64,000 bases of DNA, taken from the NCBI GenBank assembly GCA_965112155.1, contig OZ218101.1; one strand, written 5' to 3'. The DNA comes from Podarcis liolepis (taxonomy: Eukaryota). The notes under the pieces were generated by a model that was not told the DNA's origin, searched no databases, and worked only from the letters and a program-made list of their open reading frames with translations. Position 1 is the first letter of the stretch. Each line of letters starts with the position of its first letter. Below are positions 12,601-23,733 of this stretch, piece by piece. The translations under genes were made by a program, and so were the position numbers.

Positions 12601-14406
12601 GATGTCTTTCTTGTAGCCGTTTAGGGAAGTTTTTAATATTTAATGCTGCATTGTTTTTAACACTCGACTGGGAGCCGCCCACAGTGGCTGGTGAAACTCA
12701 GCCAATGGGTGGGGTATTAATAATAAATTAATATTTTTTTTATTGTACTGCTCTATAAATTGCTGTGTATTTGTGTGTATTAAATTGCAAGAACTACCGT
12801 ATTTTTCGCCCTATAGGATGCAATTTTTCCCATTCAAAAATGAAGGGAAAATGTGTGTGCGTCTTATGGGGCGAATGCAGGCTTTTGCTGAAGCCTGGAG
12901 AGCGAGAGGCGTCTGTGCGCACCGACCCCTCTCGCTCTCCAGGCTTCAGGAAGCTATCCGCAAGCCTTGCGCACCCGGGGGAGTTCCCACGGGCTCGCAA
13001 GGCTTGCGGGCAACAGCCTGTTCTGGGGGCTGGGGAAGCTCAGGCTTCCCCCGCCTCCAGCCCCAGCAAGCAAGCTCCAGGAGCGATGGCGAGGTTGCAG
13101 CCCCGAGGCTAAAAACGAAGCCAGGACAGCGAGCGGGATAATTCCCCCCCCTTTATTCCCCCCCCCAAATAAGTGCATCCTATGGGCTGGTGCGTCCTAT
13201 AGGGCAAAAAATACGGTACTTACAAGGCGTATCAGTATTCTGACGTGAGGTATGCTCGTTCATTCCTTGCAGAAAAGCATTTTCCAGATGGAAGGAAAGA
13301 GATTGTATTCCCTGACCAAACCATTAAGAATGTGTACACGGATGGGCGAGAAATGACCATTTTCCCTGATGGCACCATTGTCCGCACACAGCAGTAAGAT
13401 TTATTTTCATAAAACTATTTTAAGTGTTAAGTTTGGCCTGCATTTACTGCAGCCATATAGAAAAAGTAAAGGTAAAGGTATCCCTGACCATTAGGTCCAA
13501 TCGCAGACAACTCTGGGGTTGTGGCACTCATCTCGCTCTATAGGCCGAGGGAGCTGGCGTTTGTCCGCAGACAGCTTCCAGGTCATGGGGCCAGCAGGAC
13601 TAAGCTGCTTCTGGCCAACCAGGGCAGTGCACGGAAATGCTGTTTACCTTCCCGCTGGAGCAGTACCTATTTATCTACTTGCATTTTGACGTGCTTTCAA
13701 ACTGCTAGGTTGGCAAGAGCTGGGACCGAGCAACGGGAGCTCACCCCATCGTGGGGATTCGAACCACCAACCTTCTGATCGGCAAGCCCTAGGCTCTGTG
13801 GTTTAGACCACAGCACCACCCGTGTCCTATATAGAAAAAGTAGTGACTCACATTAAGAATGCCTTTTGAGGAAACAAGACTGTGGAGGAAGAGAAAGGCT
13901 ATCAAGTGCTGACTGTGTTATGACAGTCTTTATGCTACCCTTACCCAGTCTGGCCAGCTGCAGGAGTACAAGATGATAATCTCAGCAATTTAAGAATACT
14001 TCCTGTGTAGGCCAAGATTTGTTGTGCTGAAAGTACACATTGGGAAGAACCCAAATGATATGAGGCAGAGATGCTGCTTAAAATTACGTTTTAAGTAGGC
14101 AGGCTGTAGTAGGTATGGCAGTTAGAACAATTAGCTGCATTCTTAATTGTACCTCCCAGCAGAATTTAGCTATAACATTACATTGGTTTTAAAGGTTGCC
14201 TTTCTATTTTAAGGGATGGAAGTAAGGTTATCGAGTTCAGTAATGGCCAGCAAGAAGTGCATACAGCCCATTTCAAGAGACGGGAGTATCCAGACGGTAC
14301 CGTTAAGACAATGTATGCCGATGGACGCCAAGAAACGCAGTATGCTTCGGGTCGAGTTAGAGTTAAAGATAAGGATGGTGAGATTATTGTGGACACCATC
14401 CTCTAA
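529..14406 (+). CDS. CENPJ: Centromere protein J / CPAP (SAS-4), 3' portion; 13 coding exons, 5' exons upstream of window
   Basis: Spliced frame is continuous through 529-667,1501-1606,1825-3397,3838-3970,5859-6024,6229-6459,7968-8067,8467-8567,9215-9319,12276-12416,12501-12585,13273-13393,14214-14406(TAA). Contains PN2-3 motifs [16 protein letters not shown] and [14 protein letters not shown], coiled coils, and the C-terminal TCP/G-box beta-hairpin repeats (FPNGT, FPDG, YPDGT). Confidence 0.97.
1021..1418 (-). mobile_element. L2/CR1-clade LINE 3' fragment
   Basis: ORF2 C-terminus ([36 protein letters not shown]) plus (TTA)n tail; same family as 62745-63362. Confidence 0.85.
1501..1606 (+). 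CDS. CENPJ: CENPJ exon, PN2-3 ([26 protein letters not shown])
   Basis: caatag / gttag sites; conserved CPAP motif. Confidence 0.95.
1825..3397 (+). CDS. CENPJ: CENPJ large exon ([14 protein letters not shown]...[12 protein letters not shown])
   Basis: 1573-nt open exon containing ORF 2053..3414; ttttag / G|gtaag. Confidence 0.97.
3838..3970 (+). CDS. CENPJ: CENPJ coiled-coil exon ([16 protein letters not shown])
   Basis: gtcag / AG|gtaac. Confidence 0.95.
4839..5407 (+). mobile_element. 5'-truncated Penelope-like retroelement (GIY-YIG endonuclease C-terminus + pLTR)
   Basis: Frame 4840-5139 reads [30 protein letters not shown]...[10 protein letters not shown]...GLNKD*; 13-bp TSD atctcaaaaatac at 4826-4838 and 5408-5420. 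Confidence 0.92.
5320..5357 (+). ncRNA. Minimal type I hammerhead ribozyme motif in Penelope pLTR
   Basis: GTAT-CTGAAGA-A-GTGTGCATGCACAC-GAAA-GC-TC-ATAC: conserved core, palindromic stem II, 4-bp stem I, AGCT palindromic stem III. Confidence 0.8.
5859..6024 (+). CDS. CENPJ: CENPJ exon ([10 protein letters not shown]...DEIQ)
   Basis: tttcag / CAG|gtatg. Confidence 0.95.
6229..6459 (+). CDS. CENPJ: CENPJ exon ([20 protein letters not shown])
   Basis: ctcaag / GCA|gtaag. Confidence 0.93.
6500..6620 (+). mobile_element. Old MIR-like SINE fragment
   Basis: A-box-like gtagtgtggtt, B-box gggttcaaatcc. Confidence 0.6.
6770..6899. mobile_element. hAT MITE, same family as 63128
   Basis: ggactacagttcccatc...gaattgtagtcc hairpin body. 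Confidence 0.8.
7331..7821. mobile_element. TcMar (Tc2-like) MITE with GC-rich internal palindromes
   Basis: TA TSD, TIR CCGTATTTTTCGCCCTATAGGACGCA. Confidence 0.85.
7968..8067 (+). CDS. CENPJ: CENPJ linker exon ([10 protein letters not shown]...)
   Basis: ccctag / G|gtaac; open frame, phases match neighbours. Confidence 0.8.
8245..8340 (-). mobile_element. Solo Penelope pLTR fragment with hammerhead motif (8296-8333)
   Basis: Reverse complement of 5313-5407, identical by eye. Confidence 0.88.
8467..8567 (+). CDS. CENPJ: CENPJ linker exon ([10 protein letters not shown]...)
   Basis: aatag / GCT|gtaagt; phases match. Confidence 0.8.
9215..9319 (+). CDS. CENPJ: CENPJ exon, start of TCP domain (...[12 protein letters not shown])
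   Basis: tttcag acceptor; tandem donor gtagtaagt. Confidence 0.9.
9987..10247. mobile_element. TcMar/Tigger-like MITE (GCAAGACGAA subrepeats)
   Basis: TA-CAGTG...CACTG-TA ends. Confidence 0.85.
10570..11990 (+). mobile_element. 5'-truncated L2-clade LINE with disrupted RT
   Basis: [30 protein letters not shown] (YADD mutated), SRLDYCNSL; frameshift near 10835; (TTA)n tail. Confidence 0.93.
12276..12416 (+). CDS. CENPJ: CENPJ TCP exon (VEKILKNG...FPNGTRKEV)
   Basis: ttcag / GTG|gtatgt. Confidence 0.96.
12501..12585 (+). CDS. CENPJ: CENPJ TCP exon ([15 protein letters not shown]...GQI)
   Basis: caacag / G|gtaaa. Confidence 0.96.
12797..13216. mobile_element. TcMar (Tc2-like) MITE, same family as 7331
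   Basis: TA TSD, CCGTATTTTT TIRs. Confidence 0.87.
13273..13393 (+). CDS. CENPJ: CENPJ TCP exon ([17 protein letters not shown])
   Basis: ttgcag / CA|gtaag. Confidence 0.96.
13469..13828 (-). mobile_element. Sauria SINE, near full length
   Basis: tRNA-derived head with B-box GGTTCGAATCC, (ACCTTT)n tail, TSD atatagaaaaagta at 13455-68 and 13829-42. Confidence 0.92.
14214..14406 (+). CDS. CENPJ: CENPJ last coding exon ([11 protein letters not shown]...DTIL*)
   Basis: tttaag acceptor; TAA stop 14404-14406. Confidence 0.96.
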
Positions 14407-14498
14407 AGTTCATATTTTGTTCAGGTCTTAATATTTATCCATGTTTTCTCTTCTGAGAAAATGTTTGTAAAGGTTGTACATAGTAAAAATGTTTTGTC

Positions 14499-14504
14499 AA
14501 TAAA
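14499..14504 (+). terminator. CENPJ candidate poly(A) signal AATAAA (second candidate 14709-14714)
   Basis: AATAAA 93 nt after the stop codon. Confidence 0.6.
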
Positions 14505-14734
14505 CTTGTTTTTAAAGATTAAGGCCATTCCTACTCACACAAGTCCTAATATGTAAATAGCAATACATTTCAAAAATGACACTTAAACTTTCTGTTTCTT
14601 GTTTTCAGACAACAACTTGTTGCCAAAGCAGGTTATAACCATTTTGAAGCAATCATGCACACTTTGTTCCTTTTAACAGTAAGCCCACATCTTACACTTA
14701 TTTAACCTAATAAACCAACACAAGCAAGATGTTT

Positions 14735-14895
14735 TCTGCTTCAAGAACAATTTTTAATGAACATCCTTTAGTACTTGCACAAAGCAAGTATTACAACTGG
14801 CAACAAAAAAGGTAACTGCACTTATCAGGGAACAAACAAACAAATCCAAATGAAATCTCTTTATTCTGGTATTGTTTTCATCTAATGATCTGCAT
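14735..14895 (-). other. RNF17: Predicted non-coding terminal (3'UTR) exon of RNF17; 3' end approximate
   Basis: tttgtttgtttttcag acceptor at 14896; minus-strand AATAAA 14865-14860 and ATTAAA 14758-14753. Confidence 0.6.
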
Positions 14896-16372
14896 CTGAA
14901 AAACAAACAAACAAAATTTCAAAGCCTGCAACCCTTGCCTTGATGTTGTAGTATTAAAATGTTACATGCTCTCCCATGGCAAAAAAGCCAAGGTGGGCAA
15001 CTGGCATCACCACTTGCTGCATGCTTTGCTACACTAATTCTGACAGGAGATGAGGCTGAGGGTCACATTTCTTTCAAGGTAACCTTTACCTGGCTGCATT
15101 TTTAGACTTTCAAATCTCTTCCCTCCTATTCCTAGCAGGGGCTCAGACTCCAAGCTTTTATTTTAAGGAGAGTGTCTATCCCTCTTAAGCAAAATATGAA
15201 GCAAAATCTGCAAGCACCTGTCTAAACAATTTCTATGAAATGAGCAAGTCTTGCCGCTCGTCTGTTTTTCACCAGTAAGTCAAGTCAGAGCTGCGACTGA
15301 TGAATTGCTTGAGGTCCTAAAGAGCTTGTTTTCTCAGCCCCTTTAATGCACTTTCCCTCCTTTTATTTTCTAAGCAGAAATTTAACACATTAACCCTTGT
15401 ACAGAAATACAATTATAGGAAAAACTTCACCATGGCCAAACTCTCATTTTGTTTAGCCATACACCCCATAGTAGCCACTGTGCGGCTGGCACCTTGAGCA
15501 CTCTCAAAATGTGTCTTTCGCTCCAAAAACGTTGGTAACTTCTGTTTATTAAAATGCTAGTTATACTTATTCTGTTCTATGACAAATTGGCATGCAAAAA
15601 TTCTTTTGGTTGAGTTACTAATGCAGGTATATAACTTTAAAATCTGGACATCTGTTGAAGTCCGTTTTTCATTACAATTTGCCTACTGCTTCTAAGCAGC
15701 ATCTGCAACAATTTCCAAAATTATTTCAGAACGTATTTCCCTAAATGCCAGTTGCTGGTATTTGCAGGTGGGGGGAGAGCACACATTCAGAATCTGGCTG
15801 TCTACAGTGAGAACCGAGTGCTGAACGAGAGGGTTCTGATCCAGTAGGACTCTTCCTACGTTTTTAAAAATGCCCTCTCAATACAATCTTTCATTTTTTA
15901 AAGCCTTTATTTTCTTATTGAACCATCTTAAAACTGATAAAATACAAATATGTCTATGCAATTCCTGTTTGAAAACTCTGCCACTCACAATCCCCAATGT
16001 TTTAACTCAGTGGTGCCTTTACATGCCTACCCCCAAGACCTTCCGGTGAAGGGTAGGAATTCAGATACTTCTCTAGCAGTTGTTTTATTAATCTCTGGTT
16101 CTTCGCATTTGACAACCAATAGTAGGCCATTCCACCAAACTACATGGATTGTTTCCATCCTGGCCAGTTATTGTAAGAACTGCAACGTTACTAAAAGTGC
16201 CAGCCTTTCCCTTCCCTCATTACTTTTTCCTTTTATCTTTTAGACTGTAACCTTGAGGACAAGGGCAGTCTTTGTGTTTCTACTGATCTGCAAGCTCCCT
16301 TGTGACCCTTTAAAGTCGAAGAGTAGGACAAAAAAGCTTTTAATAGATGAAATTGAGTGTGCTTACCAGTCA

Positions 16373-16465
16373 CTAAATTAATTCAGCAAATCCCATTTCT
16401 ACTAGTTTCATGTGAACTAGGTGCCCATCTTCATATACAAACACGGTATGCTCTGGTGAATGCGT
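16373..16465 (-). CDS. RNF17: RNF17 exon 35, last coding ([14 protein letters not shown])
   Basis: ttgcag acceptor; TAG at 16375-16373; gtaag donor 6 nt after the stop. Confidence 0.94.
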   Translation of the reverse strand, partial: THSPEHTVFVYEDGHLVHMKLVEMGFAELI

Positions 16466-19400
16466 CTGCAAGTAAGATATACGGCCAACGTCAACAGGCA
16501 ACTTTTGAGAATCAGTACAGTTTCCAAAACTATACAATGATAAGAGTTCTAAACTTCTGTTCTTGGCTATCCAAATCTTGTCTGCTTCCTAAGCAAAACT
16601 CAATTATAGAGAGGTGGCACACAGTTGGAGTGAGTTTGATGAAACCATTCCAAGACAGAATTGTAGGCTTTCACTAAGGAGTGTTCTGAGAGGATACTGA
16701 CACCCCCCCGCCTCACAAAAAGCCCCAAATATGGAAATGTTGTTTTACAGGCAACATTTGTCACTCTTGCACAGACTATAGTATTTAATTTAAAAAACAA
16801 CCAGTAGAAATTGGTATAACAGCCCCCCCCGCCCGCACAAACCTTCGTTTTGTCTAATGTGAAACATGAATGACTGGCTGTATAAAGTAAACTTTTATGC
16901 GTAGTGCAGTGCCTGCAGCTTTTTTAAAGTTACATAAATAAATACCTGTCGAGAATGGGAAAAGGTAGTGGAGGATGGGGGGGGGGGAGAGTGAGTGAGG
17001 AGGGGACAGGAAAGCGCAGCTGTGATACATTCAGTGGTGTGGACAGCAAGTTGCAGAATAATAAGCCTTATGAATGAAAGAACAGGACTGGGCTAAAGCT
17101 TGCCCCCCCCCCCAGTCCTCTAAATTCATTCAAAGGAAATCATATGAATGAGATAGCAAGAATTAAAGTGCTGGTTCAAACTGGCCTTGGAACTTAATTT
17201 GTGTACAGGAGACCCTCAACTTACATGGGGGCTGCGTTCCAGGGATAGTGTGAAAAGCCAAAATCTTTTGTATAGTCGAAACACAATGGGTTCAATGGAG
17301 GGTGGGAGTGCTGTTCTTTTCCCCCAGACACCCTCCCCCTTTTAATTTTTTTAAAATCAAGAACGTAAAGCTGAATGTGTGCAAGTTAAATATGTGTAAG
17401 TTGCAAGTTACTTGTATTTATTTATTGCAGTCCTATCCCACCCAAAGGATCCCAGGGTGATAAACAATGAAACAGCAAAATAATACTGTTTTCTTTTTAA
17501 AACATTTTAAAAGATCAAATATCCTGACAGCCAAGTAATTTCAAGGTTGCCGGGTGAACAGGAACCTTTTAAAATTCCACCTGAATACTGAAAGTGGGAA
17601 AGGGAATTTACAGTTAAGTCTGTGGATGGGAAGAGTTGGCTGGGATAAAATAAGGGAAGACTTTACCAGTGAAGAAGCATAGAGATTTTTCCCTTGGAAG
17701 CAGTCTATCATGGTCCACAATGCTTCCATGCTCCATTCGGAACAATACGGGATTTTTGTGTGTGACTCACACAAAGCTGGTTTAAATCCAGCCAGCAGAA
17801 CTTTGAACGCTTGAGCAGGGTACTGCATGAACTCAGGAGGAAGCTGACGTAACCTGAGGCAAAATTAAAGTCAGTGAATAACCCTATTCAAGATGGCAGC
17901 CTACAAGCAATTTGTTAGCTGCTACAAAGTGGTGGTAAAATGATGTTAATATGTATATTCTGTACAGACCAATGTCCGATCTTAGTTTCACCTGTCTTGA
18001 ATAGCAATTTGCACTAATACATGAGCAATGTATAGATTTACCTGCTTGTGGGCACTGTTTCGCTGGATCCATAGTCAACAAATTCCACCATAATCGAAAG
18101 AGGATTGCATTCATGAATTGAGATGAGCTTTGCCCGATACCAGAAGCCATCACTGTACTTTGCAAGGCAAGGCATGTCTAACGAAGGGAGAAAAGCTGTT
18201 TAAATTTCAGCACCCAATGCTGCAACATGGGGGGTTAACCTGCATCTGGCTCCCAAGTTTTATGCACCCCCCCCATTGCTTTTTTAAAATAATGTTAATT
18301 TGCAGAGGTTTTCTAAATTGACTGCTCTCATAAGTTCTCTACTGTGATACCAAAAGGTTCTGTGCCCCCAAATGTTTACCAATTCTTTTTTTAAAAAGGG
18401 TTTTTGACCATGCCCACTTTGATATGCAGAGGGTTGATCATGGTTGAGTGAAGTCCTCCAGCTGAAAAAAGGGTACCCCCTCCTATAACCATTTATATTG
18501 CAAAACTGGGAAGGCATTAAATAAAATCATCCAAAGGAATTGATTTAGGCTTGCGTTCTACGTCCTACTGATCTTCCAACATTCAGCTTCATTGGATGGC
18601 TCCCTAGCTATCACATCTCATAATAGTAGAAACTGTAGATAAAGTTTTGCAGATGGCTACTGTGTGCCAGAAACACTCCATGGCTGTCACCCCCTTTCCC
18701 AGTCATCACGATCTGGGTTTTTTTTGATGTCCTGCAAGAAGTGGAGTGACAGCTAAACCCACTTGAGAGACTTCCAACACCCGAAGGAGAACAGAATAAC
18801 ACACATCAAAACACCCTACTATATTTTAATAAATACTTTCTATAGTTTAATGGAGCCCAGTATTTATCATGAGATACTTTCATGATTAGTGATGCCTCAG
18901 CTAAATTATTCCAACCTCATGGTACAGTAGTACCTCGGGTTAAGTACTTAATTCGTCCCGGAGGTCCGTTCTTAACCTGAAACTGTTCTTAACCTGAAGC
19001 ACCACTATAGCTAATGGGGCCTCCTGCTGCCACCGCACCGCTGGAGCACGATTTCTGTTCTCATCCTTAACCCAAGGTACTATTTCTGGGTTAGTGGAGT
19101 CTTTAACCTGAAGAGTATGTAACCTGAAGCGTAGGTAACCCGAGGTACCACTGCACTAGCATCACTACACTATCTGAAGTTCAGCAGAAACTCGGAGAAT
19201 TCATTGCATAGTTTTTTTATAGCAACAAGCATCAATGAAGAGCTTTCAGGGGTTTATATGCTGTGAACCACCCTGAGATCTATGGGTACAGGGTACAAAT
19301 TTAATAAATAAGTCTGTTTTCTCTTATTTGATTCTGAATGCAAGGAGACCGTAGAGAAGTTTTGTTCTAAAGTAGTTAAGTAACTTTTCACCTTCAATTA

Positions 19401-22400
19401 CAGAATGTATAAATGCAAATTACCAAGAAATAATACAGTGGACGCTTGGGTTGTGAACGTGATCCGTGCGGGATCTGTGCATGCGCTGGTTGTGATCTGG
19501 CACTTCTGTGCATGCGTGACCGCCAAAACCGGGAAGTAACTTCCGGGGTTCGGCGGTCCGTAACCTGAAAAAAGCAACCTGAAGCGTCTGTAACCCGAGG
19601 TATGACTGTATACCTTTCCGAAAATCAGTTAGGAAAGGGATGGACTCCAAGTTCTGATTACACCGTCTCAAGGCTTGGTCTAGAGTTTCAACGTCCCCAC
19701 TGACTTCTGTATCATCTTCATGCTTGGGACTGTCTCGCTGATCAATGGTAATGTACACCTAGGGCACAGTAATTGGTGTCATATATCAAAAATATATATC
19801 AAAGATCTTGAAGTGAGAGCATCGTCCAACATACAGGATGGACCAGTCTCCCAGTTTTGACTATCTGAATGGAATCAATACTAGAAATACTAGCAATTGC
19901 CCATGGCAAGTGCCCATAAGCCATAGACAGCTTCTTAGGAAGTCTTATGTCATGCTTCGAAAGCTATCATTATACATCTCAAACAATGGATGTAACTATT
20001 TATGAAGAATCCCAATTCTCACAAGTTCAGGTTCTAAAACACAGGATGAGCTGCTGTGAAAGGATGCAATTACAACAGACCCGATAACAGCAAAAATATT
20101 TACTTCACCACGATACCTCATTAGGTGACACAACATGTGTTACTTTAATTGGAAAAAGTTCTCCAAGAACAGGCAGTGATGGCGAGATATAGGGTGGCAG
20201 CAGGGGAGTATCTACTTCAGACATCAGTAACTCCTAAAAAAAAGGAGGAAGCAGGAAATCTTTATGTGCCTAGAGATGCAAGCAGGAGCAATATGAGCTG
20301 TGCACAGAGAATGACAAGGAATGCAAGCTGGGTGCACATGAATGAAGTTGGTGCCAGTGATGTCATGGAGACTATTCTGTGCAAGACTCACTATTCAGAT
20401 TGGTGTGCTATTGGGGGAGCAAGGAATAGAGCTTCTTTGTGCCGTTTTAAAATGCTGGGAAAATGCAGTATGATGCATTTCATTAAAGATTTCCAATTTG
20501 GGCTAATCACCAACCACTGCACACTTAATGTACACCCTATCCCAAAACCCACTTTCAGGAAAGGCATCAGAACTGATCCAATGTCTCTCCCACCGCTAAA
20601 ACCTTACAGACTTGATCCACTCAAAACAAACTATAACGGATGTTAGTGGCTGGGCTGGAGTCACAAAAGTTGGTAGATACCAAACTGGCTTCAACACATT
20701 ATCAAGCTTGAAAACCAAGAAATCCATTGACATATTTTAACATTTACCTCATGACTGATTTCACAGTTTTGCTCCAAATGATCTTCACTGCAACAGGTGA
20801 TATCCTAGAACATATGAGAAGGGAAGAAGTTGTTTTAACTTCTAAAAGTATATTAACTGACTTGCAAGCTAATGCCTGCAGCAGTGGTTTGTCTCAAAAT
20901 GTTTTCAATCGCTTGAATTGCAATCTAGCACTCTGGGGAAAAAATTCATGCCAAAAAATCAGGGCTAATCTGGTGCATAATGCACTTGTGCAGCTACAAT
21001 ACAAGCCCTTAAATGAAACCATTAACACCTTATTATAACTGCAGGGTGGGAACCAAATGTGGACAAACTACCCCCAGGAGCACGTGTCCCCCACCGGAGG
21101 TACTACCATTAATTTTGAGCTTGTTACCTTTTTACATACATCTTGCATTTGGTAGCAAATTGCTTTTGGATATAATAAGGAATTACACTGTTTGATTTGC
21201 CAGCCATTGTGACTGTATTAACTACCAACTGAAAACACTGGATATGACATGGAAGAACTAATGCAGGAAAAATAGCCACACTAAGTAACATACCCATGTT
21301 AAGCTTTATATAAATCTTAAGAGCTGAAAGGAAAGATTACCAGTTTTGGCATGTGACCGTCATCATCTTCACTAATGCAATGTTTATGGTATGCCATGAA
21401 AGATGAGAGCGACATTCCAGAGAAACAAAGTTTAACAGATACTTTATCCCATGGGTTGTCCGAGTGCTCCTGTTAAAGCCAGGCAAAAGATTACTGCATT
21501 ATCATTTCTGCTACTGTTTTTAACCTCAAAAAGTGGGCCTATGGCTGAACAGAACAAAGCTACTCACAGAACCCTGAAGAACAGATACACCAAGAACCAC
21601 CACCACAGGTTTGTGGTTCTTGATTCTATGTATCAATGCTTGAGTGGAAGCATAGAAAAAGCAAAGCATCTGGCACAGTACAATTCCATTTCTAACTAAG
21701 TGGAATGTATCTTACTTCTGAATATTCCCTCCTAACGTTTTTCATATTTGTTTCTAACATTTTATGGTTCTGTTATTTGTCTGATATCACTCTTGATAAT
21801 AACATGGCTTGTTCTGCAGCTCTGTGTCTTACCCCATCCCCTAATTTCATAATTAGTAACCCAGCAGTTTGATTCAAAGCATATTAATATTCACATTTCA
21901 ATACAGCAAGCTTGCATCTTTTCAAGGGTTCAGTTCCAAGGTAAGCCAGGAAACTTTGGACACCCCCCAATGCTTCTTGTCCAGTTTGGGAAGGCGGTGC
22001 AAGAGCTCCAGCAGGGTCCTAGAGTCCCCGCACCTCCTTCCCAAAGCCTCCTAAGTGCTTGTTCAGCTTTGGGAGGGAGGGCTCTGGGTAAAGGTAAAGG
22101 ACCCCTGGACGGTTAAGTCCAGTCAAAGGCAACTATGGGGTGCAGCACTCATCTCGTTCAGGCCGAGGGAGCTGGCGTTTGCCCACAGACAGATTTCTGG
22201 GTCATGTGGCCAGCATGACTAAACTGCTTCTGGTGCAACGGAGCACCGTGACGGAAACCAGAGCGCACGGAAACGCCGTTTACCTTACCGCCACAGTGGT
22301 ACCAATTTATCTACTTGCACTAGTGTGCTTTTGAATTGCTAGGTTGACAGGAGCTGGGACATTGCCAGAGCCCTCATACCCCCTTCACAAATCCAGGTAA

Positions 22401-23701
22401 GTCTGTGGATCACAGCTTTGTGCAGGTGTGGGGGAGGGCTAATAAATAAACAGGGAATTGGTTTCCTCCATTCTCCATGTGTAAGTAAAGTAAGTGTATG
22501 ATGCTGGTTTACTGTAAAAAGGAACAAAGAAAAGGGAACTGAACCCTCTCCCTTTACCATCTGTTACCACAGGATCTTACTTTACTTCCAAAGACTCTGT
22601 TCTATTACCAGGAGTAAATTAAGAATACCTGAATCATTAAGTGTGAAGTTTTGACTTCTTCTCCCCTACATGCCCCATTTCATATTATGGTAAAGTCCTC
22701 CCCATCCCTTATTTCAGAAATGAACAGGACAGGGGAGAACAAACAGGAATGCACTTGCCGCATCATAACTGGTTTTGAAAGTGAAATAAATCCAAAATAT
22801 GTGCAGCTTGCTCTTGGAAGTCTAAGGGAATGATCCAACAAAATCCACTGGCAGAAATGATTTTATTTTTTTTGTGGGGGACTGACTGCAAGAGAAGAAG
22901 GACTTGCACAATTTGTTTTTATGCTTACCATAATATTTATTTCAACGAGCCTTTTTGTAAGTAGTTCTTGAAGAAGTTCAACTGCATCCTGCTGCCAAAC
23001 AGTTCCAACCTGGATAACCAACGTAGAAAAATCACCAGCACATCACTAATTATGTAAAAGCACTCAGGACTGGCCCTATCTTGGAGATTAGAATGGTTTC
23101 AGCATTATAAGGAAAAAAATTAAGTTTGTTTTAACCGAACGTTAGTTTCTGCTTCACATGCCTAAATGTCTTGTGCAAAGCACCTGCCATGTTCTGTATG
23201 ATCTAAGCCCTGAGGTTTATATAGGAAGTACTGTATATGGAAGACAAGACTTCAATTTCCTTTCTGCTAACAGGAATGGTATATTGGGTTATTGCTCCAC
23301 CTTCTGACCAAGGCAGGAACAAACACTATAGGAAATGGGTTGGGCTCCCATTATGCTCTTGTTGGTTTCCTGCCTTCCTCAAAGTTCAGTTATGTTCATA
23401 GTTGCTCCTGTTTATCTATTCTCCTTAGGCAAGTGTACTGTATTTTTCGCTCTATAAGACGCACCAGACCACAAGACACACCTAGTTTCTGGAGGAGGAA
23501 AACAAAAAAAAAATTCTGAAAGCAGCAATCCCTCTTGCTGTTATGGCTTCTGGGACAGCTGCGCAGCCTGCATTTGCTCCATAAGATGCACACACATTTC
23601 CCCTTACTTTTTAGGAGGGAAAAAGTAAGTCTTATAGAGCAAAAAATACGGTATCCTCAGGCTAGTGAATGGCACTTCAGTCATTACATGAAGCACAACT
23701 T

Positions 23702-23733
<32 letters not shown>

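Noticed and set aside
13740-13828. tRNA gene-like A/B boxes (also 27540-27612 and 6500-6560)
   Set aside because: These are tRNA-derived SINE heads, not complete cloverleaf tRNAs.
20149-20646. 165-aa plus-strand ORF
   Set aside because: Overlaps RNF17 exon 31 antisense, non-ATG start, no recognisable features.
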